Source: Octopus sinensis (taxonomy: Eukaryota). Taken from it: 64,000 bases of DNA. Positions within the stretch are counted from its first letter, which is position 1. Every line of letters starts with the position of its first letter. Below are positions 26,401 to 36,300 of the stretch, piece after piece. The stretch covers positions 130,572,001 through 130,636,000 of the forward strand of contig NC_042999.1 of NCBI RefSeq assembly GCF_006345805.1, given 5' to 3'. Below the pieces are notes generated by a model. That model ran no database searches. It was not told where the DNA came from and saw nothing but the letters and a program-made list of their open reading frames with translations. The position numbers and the translations under genes are program-made.

Positions 26401-26991
26401 AATGGTTGAATGACCAAATCCAAGCTTCTCTGCTAGTTTCGCAAATGGGATTTTGTCTCACCAGAGTTTGCAGGATGTTCTTGTTGAGCTCTACAGATCT
26501 TCTAGGACGAGGCTTGTCTTCTAGGCTGTAGTTTCCGGCTCAGAATTTCTGGAATCACCATTGACAATGGCTTATGCATATTGCCCAATCCCCATATTTT
26601 TTGCACTTTCCATTGCATTGTTGCCTTTTGAACTCATAAAGCAAAATATGCTGAATATGCTCCTTTGTCACTTCCATTATAGCTTTGAAAAAATAACTGT
26701 TAAAATTGAACTGCACTCTTCAAAAATTGCACGAAGAGTAAGGACAAGGTAAAATTATTACCTGCTTTTATAGCAAGTTGATGCAGGTAGTTTATCCTGT
26801 CTCCCTCCAACTTTTAGTTCATGCAGTTATAAAAACCACATTATTTGTGGGATGACCCAATATTTGTAATCATTTTATTATCTTGTAATTTTGAGAAATA
26901 TTTTGTTCACCCATTTTTTTGTTTGCAGGGTCCTGACTGGGAATACAGAACTACTCTACCTGATTGGGCTGCAGCAGACTGGCAGGAATAG
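5074..26991 (+). CDS. RPUSD2: RluA-family RNA pseudouridine synthase RPUSD2, 11 exons (579 aa from ATG 5074; 509 aa from ATG 5284)
   Basis: Exons 5074/5284-5475, 8470-8581, 9798-9919, 10864-10964, 12673-12839, 14803-14944, 17311-17447, 19015-19068, 19904-20001, 22748-23089, 26929-26991. All introns are GT-AG and the phases join into one ORF. Motifs: LRKVYPYY, NKPSSIPCHPCG, YRLDRLTSG (catalytic Asp), TGRTHQLRVH, GHPIINDPLY, MYLHALSY, C-terminal PDWA. Confidence 0.95.
7185..7405 (-). mobile_element. tRNA-derived SINE, family A (diverged)
   Basis: Homologous to the copies at 22478, 23322, 28705, 55660 and 62200. Confidence 0.7.
8470..8581 (+). CDS. RPUSD2: RPUSD2 exon 2
   Basis: TTTCAG acceptor; WRKKQ...ETEYYFEN; donor GTGAGT. 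Confidence 0.9.
9798..9919 (+). CDS. RPUSD2: RPUSD2 exon 3
   Basis: LRKVYPYYYTFNSHVKGRW...; AG/GT boundaries, phase 1 to 0. Confidence 0.95.
10864..10964 (+). CDS. RPUSD2: RPUSD2 exon 4
   Basis: IDDMKNGVLLVN...HTIHR (S4-like region); donor GTGAGT. Confidence 0.93.
11460..11845 (+). mobile_element. RTE LINE 3' UTR fragment with (GAT)n tail
   Basis: Shares TTAGGAAGGGCATCC...AAACGATGATGAT with the RT-bearing copy at 48590-49995. Confidence 0.85.
12673..12839 (+). CDS. RPUSD2: RPUSD2 exon 5
   Basis: HENPV...INKPSSIPCHPCGRYRYN (motif I). Confidence 0.95.
13295..13755 (+). mobile_element. Two tandem RTE 3' fragments with (GAT)n tails
   Basis: Same 3' UTR family; the second fragment carries about 2 copies of the ~63-bp unit. 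Confidence 0.85.
14803..14944 (+). CDS. RPUSD2: RPUSD2 exon 6 (catalytic Asp)
   Basis: IYRLDRLTSGVLI...KEYVCRVVGRFP. Confidence 0.95.
16225..16370 (-). mobile_element. RTE 3' end fragment, abutting a mariner insertion
   Basis: (ATC)n + GTTTAACGTCC...GGATGCCCTTCCTAATGC. Confidence 0.85.
16379..17246 (+). mobile_element. Internally deleted mariner transposon
   Basis: About 32-bp imperfect TIRs (TTAGGTGGTTTTAAAAAGTTCC / GGAACCTTTTGATACCACCTAG), TA on both sides. Degraded transposase: HHEFIPQGQTVNQEFY, LHDDNA, PHLPYSPDLAP. Confidence 0.9.
17311..17447 (+). CDS. RPUSD2: RPUSD2 exon 7
   Basis: GDIEVDQPL...FSRLSYNGKSSVVR. Confidence 0.95.
19015..19068 (+). CDS. RPUSD2: RPUSD2 exon 8
   Basis: IPYTGRTHQLRVHLQYL (motif III). 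Confidence 0.95.
   Translation, partial: AFLTQGEHISCVYICNI
19904..20001 (+). CDS. RPUSD2: RPUSD2 exon 9
   Basis: GHPIINDPLYYGPAWGP. Confidence 0.93.
19990..20235 (-). mobile_element. Dispersed repeat family E (CTAGAAATAGC...AAACAAC tail)
   Basis: Homologous copies at about 28425-28615 (+), 29780-29970 (+), 30850-31020 (-) and 55965-56150 (+). Confidence 0.6.
20405..22400 (-). mobile_element. Degraded RTE LINE (APE endonuclease + RT remnants)
   Basis: APE N-terminus MKGRSVEIVEML..VCCIQEVRW; RT remnants; RT C-terminal part at 20405-20620. Confidence 0.85.
22478..22670 (+). mobile_element. tRNA-derived SINE, family A
   Basis: A/B-box-like head + GTCAACTTTGCCTTTCATC core. Confidence 0.75.
22748..23089 (+). 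CDS. RPUSD2: RPUSD2 exon 10
   Basis: 114 codons ending CIHC...DPQPKDLVMYLHALSYK. Confidence 0.93.
23322..23530 (-). mobile_element. tRNA-derived SINE, family A
   Basis: Homology to the other family A copies. Confidence 0.75.
23820..24370 (-). mobile_element. RTE reverse-transcriptase fragment
   Basis: AFVDMEKAFDRVPR; GIHQGSVLSPFLF; LNADDL (YADD-like). Confidence 0.9.
24669..24950 (+). mobile_element. Probable Penelope-like terminal-repeat remnant with degenerate hammerhead core
   Basis: 22-bp direct repeat TTGAAATGTAAAATCCTCTTTC (about 24669 and 24836); CTGAAGA-AGTGCTTTGCTT-GAAA at 24819-24841. Confidence 0.5.
24975..25335 (-). mobile_element. tRNA-derived SINE
   Basis: Minus-strand head GGGCAATGGCCCAGTGGTTAGG...GTTTCGATTCCC (A and B boxes). 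Confidence 0.75.
25617..26862 (-). mobile_element. Near full-length decayed mariner (about 1.25 kb)
   Basis: TIRs TAGTGGGTCATCTTATAAGTAA / TTATTTGTGGGATGACCCAATA; transposase motifs GDEKW, HQDNA, HPPYLPDIAPSDYHL. Confidence 0.92.
26929..26991 (+). CDS. RPUSD2: RPUSD2 exon 11 (terminal)
   Basis: GPDWEYRTTLPDWAAADWQE-stop; AATAAA at 27040-27045. Confidence 0.93.
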   Translation, partial: GPDWEYRTTLPDWAAADWQE

Positions 26992-27779
26992 GAAGCTTTA
27001 GAAATACTGAAGATGTGTGATATACCAATATATATTTTCAATAAAATATGTAATATCTACAGACTTCATTTATGATCTAATAATTGTATCTCATATTTAT
27101 CTACCTGTAGTATGGACAACTTACATGCTCCTTGCTATGGCGATGTAATATAGATAAATGTTGGATGGAAAAAATATTTTTTATCATTTGTAATTTTAAG
27201 GATAGTGAATTGCTAAAACCATGGAGTTAAATATCTTGTGATACTAAATACCTGGAGTTCAAATCATGCTCAAGTTGACATATGAATCAAAAATGGGATT
27301 GATCTATTTGATTATACTTTCTCTTCCAAAATGTGTGATCTTGTATAGACCTTTGATAGAAATTATATGCTTATTTATTATGTATTTCAGGTTTTACTTG
27401 TAACATACATAAATAGGTGATGTTATTCTTGAACTCACTATTACTCTATTTCTAGTTTACCAAGAATTTCAGACTTGATAGTTGAAATACTGATATGGTG
27501 AGAATTGGCAACTGCCATTTCAAATCCAAGATAGATAAGTTGGTCAGAATAAAAATAGGTGACATGCAGAAGTAGGCTGCTTACAAATGTCTGCTGACAG
27601 ATATCACTATTTTTGGTGTTGTTTGGAGTATTTCTCCCAATTTACTCACCACAGCTGAACAATTCTGTAGAGAAAAGACAAAGGCATATATTGTTTTTAA
27701 TTGCAAATTTTAGAAGATTCTGGTGATCAATGGGAATTTGATCAAATGTGTCTTGAGAATAACTTAGCTGAGGATGAAA

Positions 27780-27990
27780 GATAACTCCTCCTCATCATCA
27801 ATGTCTGTTTTCCATACTGGCATGGGTTGGATTGGGCTGCACCACGTTCCATAGTCAGTTTTGGCTTGGTTTCTACAGCTGATGCCCTTCCTAATGCCAA
27901 ACACTCTGCAGAGTGTACTGAGTGCTTTCCACATGGCACCAGCACCCACACCAATGCTTTTTAAGTGGCACCTTGATTTTAGGATCTCAA
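27780..27990 (-). mobile_element. RTE 3' UTR fragment
   Basis: Family homology. Confidence 0.7.
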
Positions 27991-28704
27991 GCAAGAGGAA
28001 ACTGATAAGGATGTTCTTCAGACATAGATATGATTCTCAGTTATCTGACAGTAGGTACAGGTGATGCAATATTGGTATTAAATGCACAGGTTGACAATTT
28101 CAAACAATATTCTCAATTCTTAGGTGTTTCTGTTTTATAGTTTACAGTCAATTTCTTTTTGTTTGAAATTGAAATGTATGCTTTAATGTGTTCTGGGGAT
28201 CAGGTACAAACACTTGCAATCTTATGCTCAGGGCTGATGGGGGTTAAATGCTTGTCAGAATAATAGTTGAAAAGTTCTATCTGAGAGTAGTTCTGGAGAG
28301 GAATAATTAACTGTTTAGAAAGAGAGGCTGATGGGTTAAGGTGGGGTTGGTCAGAAAATATGAAGACATTACAGTATAGGAGTACAGAGGAAGAACACAG
28401 GGTAATAGTGTGCTGTTATGCACAGAGTAGAATCTCTAACTGGTCACTTGATCTGCTAGAAATAGCAGTCAAATCTCAAATTACACTGCATCTTGAAAAA
28501 GTAAGGGGACATACTAATGTAGCTTTGGATACATTATATCTTTAAAAAACTTGGGATAGTCTTAGTTTGAATGCTTTGATCATAAATCTTAGGGTTCACT
28601 GGGGGTTAAACGACAATGAATGGATAATCAATTATCTGTTATCAATAATTCAGCAGAACTCTTGAATAATTCAATAGATTCTTTTACCATTAGAGAATAA
28701 TCTA

Positions 28705-28880
28705 ATATTGGTTTCAAATTTTGGTACAAACCCAGCAATTTCAGGGAGGGGGATAAGTTGACTTCAAGGGAAAGAAAGGCAAAGTCGACCTCAGTAGAAT
28801 TTGAACACAGAATGTAAAGACGAATGAAATGCTGCTTAGGTTTTTGCCAGGTGTGCTATTGATTCTGCCAGCTCACCACT
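28705..28880 (-). mobile_element. tRNA-derived SINE, family A
   Basis: Family homology. Confidence 0.75.
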
Positions 28881-30243
28881 TTAGCATAAGTCAATATTAA
28901 AATCCCTAGTTTTAATGAGGTTGAGAGTAATTGACTTAATAACATTGCAGTAACTTTTAGTGAGTATTATACAATTATTTTTAACTTTTTGTAAATTATG
29001 AAATTATGAATAGGTAATATATTTATGCAAGTGAAAGTGAATAAAATATTTTTTAAAGAAAACTTGACTGCTATTTCTAGCTAGTCCAGTCAATATGTAG
29101 ATGCTCCCTCATTAGCTCACCTGTAAATCTGGTGGTGGTCACAGCAGAATTGAGAAAAGGGGAACTGTCAGAGCACAATAGTAGTAATTCCATTGTGGAC
29201 TACAGTGTTAGGGTCTACTGAAGACGATTAATGTTGCTGCTATTTTTGTATGTGATCTGTATTGAGTAAGATGTTGCTTTTAGGATGGTGTTGTACAACT
29301 GTTTTGGTGGATTGTAGATATGTTTTTACGAAGCCGTTTGACCTGGTAGATATAGCAGGAAATTACTCTTAAATCATTTTTCACTGTTTGAAAATGGAGA
29401 GACAGTGGAGGGATAGTCAGAGTTTAGATCCTAAAGAAATGCGATGATCGCGGTTGGGACTCCTTACATCGTAGGTCAGCTGAGAAAAGTTTTGACCAGG
29501 GGTTAAACAATAACACAGGGACAAATATCTTCCTGACAATGCTAAAAGAACTACTTTGGGAGTTGACCTATTCACATTTTTGTCTTAAACTGTTGACATC
29601 TCGTACCATAACATATAAGCTAAAAATTTTATTTTATTTTCCCGTATGAATAAAATGAAGTGAAACTCTCCGAACTAATAATCTATGTTTAATCAAATAC
29701 TTAAGCAAGCCATTCTAGGTATAATTTGTAATTTAGACAGCGGAAAACGTTTCAATAAACTTGTGCATATTTCTTCTGAGCACTCCTCATTTGCTAGAAA
29801 TAGCCAAATCTTCTTCATACCACACCCTATTGTCTTTAAACAAGAACACATTGGATAATATTATCCTAGATATATTGAATCTGAAAGATAAAATATATGA
29901 GAAGGACACAAACTACAATGCCTTTTGCTCATAACGACTTCTTGATCAGAGCGCTGAAACAACAACTAATTACCATTTTGTCTGACCCAGTGAATGCGGA
30001 AACAGAATATAAACAAGTCAGATGTTTTAAAACAAATGACATAGTTCAGTGCGAACTATAGAGACCTGCTTTGTTTTAAAACCACAGTAATTTACTGTAA
30101 CTGATATTTCGGAGAGATAAAACAAATCAAATCACGAAACATAGTGTTAATTTAAAAAACTTTTCACCAAGAACACTGTCGTACAGGTATCTCCTTTCGC
30201 GGACTTTATTCTTATTTTCTTTCCTCCACTGAAGAGCTCCAAA

Positions 30244-30359
30244 ATGGTCGATTGCTCTAAAACGTGTAGTTCAGCGGGCTTTGTGCTTACCAAAATCCCT
30301 CTCATTACTAAGAAAGTCTTGTCTTTCCTTCCAGCGAAAACTCTTAACTCATGTGCAAG
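30244..30359 (+). CDS. FBXO22: FBXO22 exon 1
   Basis: MVDCSKTCSSAGFVLTKIPLITKKVLSFLPAKTLNSCA; donor GTTTGT at 30360. Confidence 0.88.
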
Positions 30360-33300
30360 GTTTGTAATTATTAAATATTCAACATATCCTTTCTGTATCC
30401 GGTGATTATGTATATATTAGTACGAATTTTTATCCTCTTATTACAAATCATCTGGCTCCTGTGTCTTCCATGCGTGTACATTTAAAGCTCATATATTTTC
30501 CTTCCGGGTAAAATGATTGAGTTGTTTTACTCTCCACGAAAATATGGTTACAGGTTAATCAATATAGTTAGTTTACGGTTTGTTTCTCCAGTGTAATAAT
30601 GTTTGGCGCGGTAAGTCTGCCTTTCATTTGTCGGTCTAAAATGAACTTGTCAACAACAAAACTTACAGTTGTCTATTATTTTTCTCTTTTAAATAACTTA
30701 AATTTACTCGGACAAAATTTTGTCAATTTCGTAAAGATATTCAGCTTTATAAAAATATATTTAGAAAAAAATTCGTTTGAAGTTGATAATAATAGAGACT
30801 CAGGCGGTAATCACATAGAAGAGCTGGAAAGTTATTAACTACATGACAAAACTCTGAATGAGCATACCTATGATCAAATCATTCCAACTATGACTATCCC
30901 ATCTTAGTTTTGGATAATGCATCCAAGGTTACACTGTCTATTGTATCCTTTCTTTTCAAAGATGATAATGTGTGATTTGAGAGGAGGAAATTTGTTTATT
31001 ATTTCTAGCAGTTCGAAGGGTTACGTTGATGCTTACTTCTCAGAGGCAGCGTTTCAAAGATAACCAATAATGTGGATCAGTGTAAAGTGAATTGGCATTG
31101 TGTTCTCAGACCAGTTACGTTAAAGAGGAGACAAATATCAATCTTACTGTACAAAATCTATCTATCTATCGATAGAAAGATAGATACGGCCGGTCTCTGA
31201 GTTTTTCAGATTTATGATTTACTGACGACACACACACACGTAAGGCGCATAACTCAGTGGTTAGAGTGTCGGACTCACAATCATGAGGTAATGAGTTCGA
31301 CGCAAGACACCTTATTTCATGTTGCTCCAGTTCATTCAGCTGTAGAATTGAGTGGCGACGTCACTAGAGCCAAGCTGTATTTCCTTTTGGCTTAGATAAC
31401 ATCAGTGGCGTGAAGAAGGGAGGCTGGTATGCATGGGCGACTGCTGGTCTTCCATAAAGTGTCGTCTGGACTTGTGCTTCAGAGGTAACTTTCTAGGTGC
31501 AATCTCATGGTCATTCATGACCGAAGGGGGTCTTTACCTTTATATGCTGGCATTGGTTGGATGGTTTAACCAGGACTGGTAAGCTGAAGGTCTGCACCAG
31601 ACTCTGGTCTGATTTGACATGGATTCTATGGCTGGATGTCCTTCCCAATGCCAACCACTTCGAGAGTGTAATGGGTGCTTTTACTTGCCACTGGCGCATG
31701 TGCCAGTTGCATGACATCAGTATCCACCACGACTACAATTTCACTTGGCTTGATGGGTCTTCTACTCAAGCATGGCATATTGCCAAAAGTCTCGGTCATT
31801 TTTCATTGCCTCCGTGAGGCCCAGTGGTGGCAATGACAAATGTCAGAGACCTTTAGCTGCCTCAGATGCTGCTTCACTCTCAGGTGAACTAATAGACACT
31901 TGTAGAAGGAAAAGTAGGAAGGGTCAGAGTAATTTTCTTGACCTACACATGAATCTATAAGGAAGGGAAGAGAAAATGGAGATAAATAAATTGCATGCTG
32001 AGCAAACAACTGGACTGCAGTGTGTTAGGTATGAAAAATATTATTTTCTTAGGTATGTTAAGGCCTATTACATAAAACTGTGTACATGACACCAGCAAAT
32101 ACATAATTTAATCTATACATTATCCATGCTGGTGAAAAATTAGTTGTAAAGATGTCAGTTTAATTCCTAAATTTTATGTTTAAAATATTTTAAATGTAAA
32201 TTTTCTTTTTAGTATGCATAGTTTTGATATAACCCTATATTTCTGTGATACATTATTTAAAATCTATTTTTTTCCATGCTTGTATTTGTAGACGAGCTTT
32301 TGTTGCAGCAATTGTTTTTATAACTGTATACTCTTCTTACTGCCAACCAGTAACCTGTGAATTCAGGAATGTAAATATGGATGGGGAACTGAATTTCATT
32401 GACCACATTACTTAATTGTTATCTTTTGATGGTAATGTGAATATTGTTGTCAGTTTAAATGAAAATTCAATTTCATACTGTATTGTAAACTATCCTCATT
32501 GGTTGATATTTAACATTCATATCATTGATAAAATGTCTGAAGTTTTGAAATGAATTATCTATAAGAGTTAGTAACCTGAAAAATTATCGTTTTAATAAAT
32601 ATGATATTGATATATTTTAATTAGACTTGACATCAATTTTTGTTGAAAATGAATAGAGCTGATTGAAGCACTGTGTGCATATTATTGATAATTTAATTTA
32701 TTAGCCTTAACGAATGAAAGCTAAAGTAACTCCGAGAATTAAATAGCAAACTAGAAAAGTTAAATCATTCAGTTTAGTTTTCATTGTCTTGACTGATACT
32801 ACCACTCTAAAGTGGTTTTCCTATTAAAGTCCACTAGGACCGAATTCAGGGCATTTTTCTTTATCCCTCTCAGATTCATAACATCCATTATTACTCCACT
32901 TTCAGTCAATAAGCTTAATCTATACATTTCCTTTTAAAATGATTCAATAACAAGGTTTACTGAATAGCTAGTTATTTGTTGTGTTTACAAGTATTACTAG
33001 TTATAATAATAATAATAAACATTGTGTACAGTGCTCAGGTGCACTACAACTCATCTAAAGTGCATATATAATCAGGTGTAGTTTCGACGGATTTCGGAAA
33101 GCATGAGGGCCTTAAAGGATGCAGTGTCATGGCAGTCAACAACTGACGCAGGCAGTTTATTCCATGCTTCAGCAACTCTGAGCGTGAAGAAATATTTCCG
33201 AAAGTCATGGGAGCTATGTTGTTTTCTGACTTTGTAGGCATGTCCACGTGTGTTAGACACATGGAGATCAAAAAGGTGTTCAGTGTTGTTATTGGTGAGG

Positions 33301-36300
33301 TGGTTGACAATTTTGTGGGCTTTTACCAAGTCCGTCGCCAGACGCCGGAGCTTCAGTGAATCCATGCCCAGGGAAACAAGGCGCTCAGAATATTGTAGGT
33401 GTCTGATGGAGGGTATGCGTTTGGTTGCACGTCTCTGAACAGATTCCAGGAGGTCAATGTTCTGAGTTACCATAACCTTCAATGTAATTAATGTCAGAGT
33501 CTACAATTTGAACAGCCATTGTCACTATCACATATTTTGCTGTCAAATGTTAACAGTTATACACATCGTTTTCACTAATGATAAAAGGCATTCAAACTAT
33601 TGACCATCCATTTTTTTATTTATAAATAATGTAACCCAGACTACACTGAGCAAAGTGTACTTATTTTAGATTGTTAGATATAAGATTGATATGGCTTCTG
33701 TTTCTAGCAAGTCCATTGACCATATAGAGACTCCCTCATTAGCTCTAGTTATACATGTATCAGTTGTATTATAACTTTCTGTTTATATTTTAATTCTAAC
33801 CAGACTACTCAGCTACTTCTCTCTTTAGAGCCCCAGTTTAATATAGTCGTCAATTATAAGGAATCTAATTGATGGATAATAAAATTAATTTTATGAATAC
33901 ATTCTATCTTCCTTTGGTATTTGTTTCAAATTTTCAGAGTTTGCAAAAGTTGGAATTTTGTTGCTGAGCAGATAAAGAGAAAACGTCAGAAGCTTAGCTG
34001 GAATTTTTATGTCTGTGAAGAAGATGAGAACAATGATATGCTTGCAACAGAGATCAGAAACTTATTTCAAGTAAGTGTAAAACTGTTGATGGTAATGACA
34101 GAGCACAAAACTATTATACGGGGTAAATAAATTAAATTTTTCTCTACAATCTGTAATTCACTTTGGAATGAGCAGCTAACCATAAAACCTCCCCATTAAT
34201 TGATCCCAGGGAATTTTTCATCTCTCTGAGAGTTGATAAAAATTAAGTACCAGTAAGTACTAGGGATGATACCATAGATTGCTCCCCGTCCCCTCAAAAT
34301 TGTTGACCTTGTAACTAAATCAGAAACACTAGGCGCAGGAGTGGCTGTGTGGTAAGTAGCTTGTTTACCAACCACATGGTTCCGGGTTCAGTCCCACTGC
34401 GTGGCACCTTGGGTAAGTGTCTTCTACTATAGCTTCGGGCCGACCAAAGCCTTGTGAGTGGATTTGGTAGATGGAAACCGAAAGAAGCCTGTCATATATA
34501 TGTATATATATATATATATGTGTGTCTGTGTTTGTCCCCCTAGCATTGCTTGACAACCGATGCTGGTGTGTTTATGTCCCCGTTACTTAGCGGTTCGGCA
34601 AAAGAGACCGATAAAATAAGTACTGGGCTTACAAAAGAATAAGTCCTGGGGTCAATTTGCTCGATTAAAGGCAGTGCTTCAGCATGGCCGCAGTCAAATG
34701 ACTGAAACAAGTAAAAGAGAGAGTATTCTTTAGCTTCTATAGGTTTTGACCTTTTAATTTTTTTTAAAGCCAGACATTGACTAGACATAGGAGTTATAGT
34801 TTGTTATTAACACAATAAAACAATAATATAAGAACTATCAGGTCATTAAGAGTGAAATGTCCAATTTTGAACTGAAAGTTTATTTTACTTTATCTCAACA
34901 AAAAGCAATGCAGTATGCGCCTAAATTATCAACACAATTTTGCCATTTTATCAGTAGCTTATTTATACCGGCAGCGAAGAATTCTGGAGGACAAGAGTTG
35001 ATGAAATCATGAAAGGCCGTTTTTGCATCTTCTTCAGATTTGAAGTTTTTTCCTTGCAAAATGTTGTCTAATTCCTGGAAAATATGATAATCAGTTGGTG
35101 CAAGGTCTGGTGGACATGGTGGATGTAACTTGAGTAGCGTTCTTTGTGCAACATGTGGAAAAGAATTATCCTGTCTCTATTGACCAATCTCAGTTGTTTA
35201 ATTGCAAGTTCACAGTTTATCCAAGTGGTTGATGTATACATCTGTTGTAATTCACTTACCAGGTTTCATGAAGCAGTAGTGGATGACACCATCACTGGAC
35301 CACCAAACAGATGCCATTAGCTTTTTTTGGTGAATATTCTTTTTTGGATTGTGTTTTGGCACTTCATCTCTATCCAACCACTGTGCAGAATGTTTGCTAT
35401 TGTTGAAAAGAATCCATTTTTCATCACATAACAATATGATGCTAAAATGGTTTGCTTTTATGCCGTGACAGCAAAGAACAGCAAGTTTCAAGATGACGTG
35501 TCATTTGATGCTTGTTTAGTTTGTGTGGTACCCACTTGTCCAGCTTCTTTACCTTGCCGATTTGTTTTAGACGGTCCAATATAGTTGGAATCGAAACATC
35601 CAACCTTGCTGCTACTCACGCATAGTTTGAGATGTATCCACTTCCACTGCAGTATCCAGCACATCATTATCGACCTTGGTCTCAGGTCTGACACGGGGCT
35701 GATTTTCAAGAGTAAAGTCACCAGACCAGAACTTCTCAAACCATCGACGTACAGTGCACTCATTCGCCACATCTTCATCAAACACCTCATTGATGTTTCG
35801 AGCTGTCTGGGATGCATTGGTTCCATGACGGAACTTATATTCATAAACTACATCAATCTTTTGTCTATCCATGGGTTCACAAAAATTGATTTACAAGAGA
35901 AAGCTCAATGTTTTAAAATGTGTAATGATACTTGGAATAATGTAATTCTAGTTGCCCCTAAGAAGACAGTAGTTAAAACTGGAATATCTTTAACCAGAGG
36001 GAACCCGTGGAAGAGGTAGACCCAGGAAAACCTGGGACGAGGTGGTGAAGCACGACCTTCGGACGTTAGGTCTCACCATGGAAATGACTAGAGACCGAGA
36101 CCTATGGAAGTATGCTGTGCGTGAGAAGACCCGGCAAGACTAGTGAAGCCATAATCCATGGCCCCTACCTGGGACGTAGTCAGTCCACCTGTGCATACCT
36201 TCCTTCTTGTGACACTTGTGAAGACCTGTTGAGGCAAGTGAGAATCGAATCAAATCGAACCAAATCAAAATAGATGTACATCAATGGAATTTGTACCCTT

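Noticed and set aside
30599-30616. ATG TTT GGC GCG|GTAAGT as an alternative FBXO22 first exon
   Set aside because: Phase 0 does not match phase 2 of exon 2, and it would drop the F-box.
31167-31174. Perfect DRE motif TATCGATA
   Set aside because: It arises at the junction of a (TCTA)n/(GATA) microsatellite.
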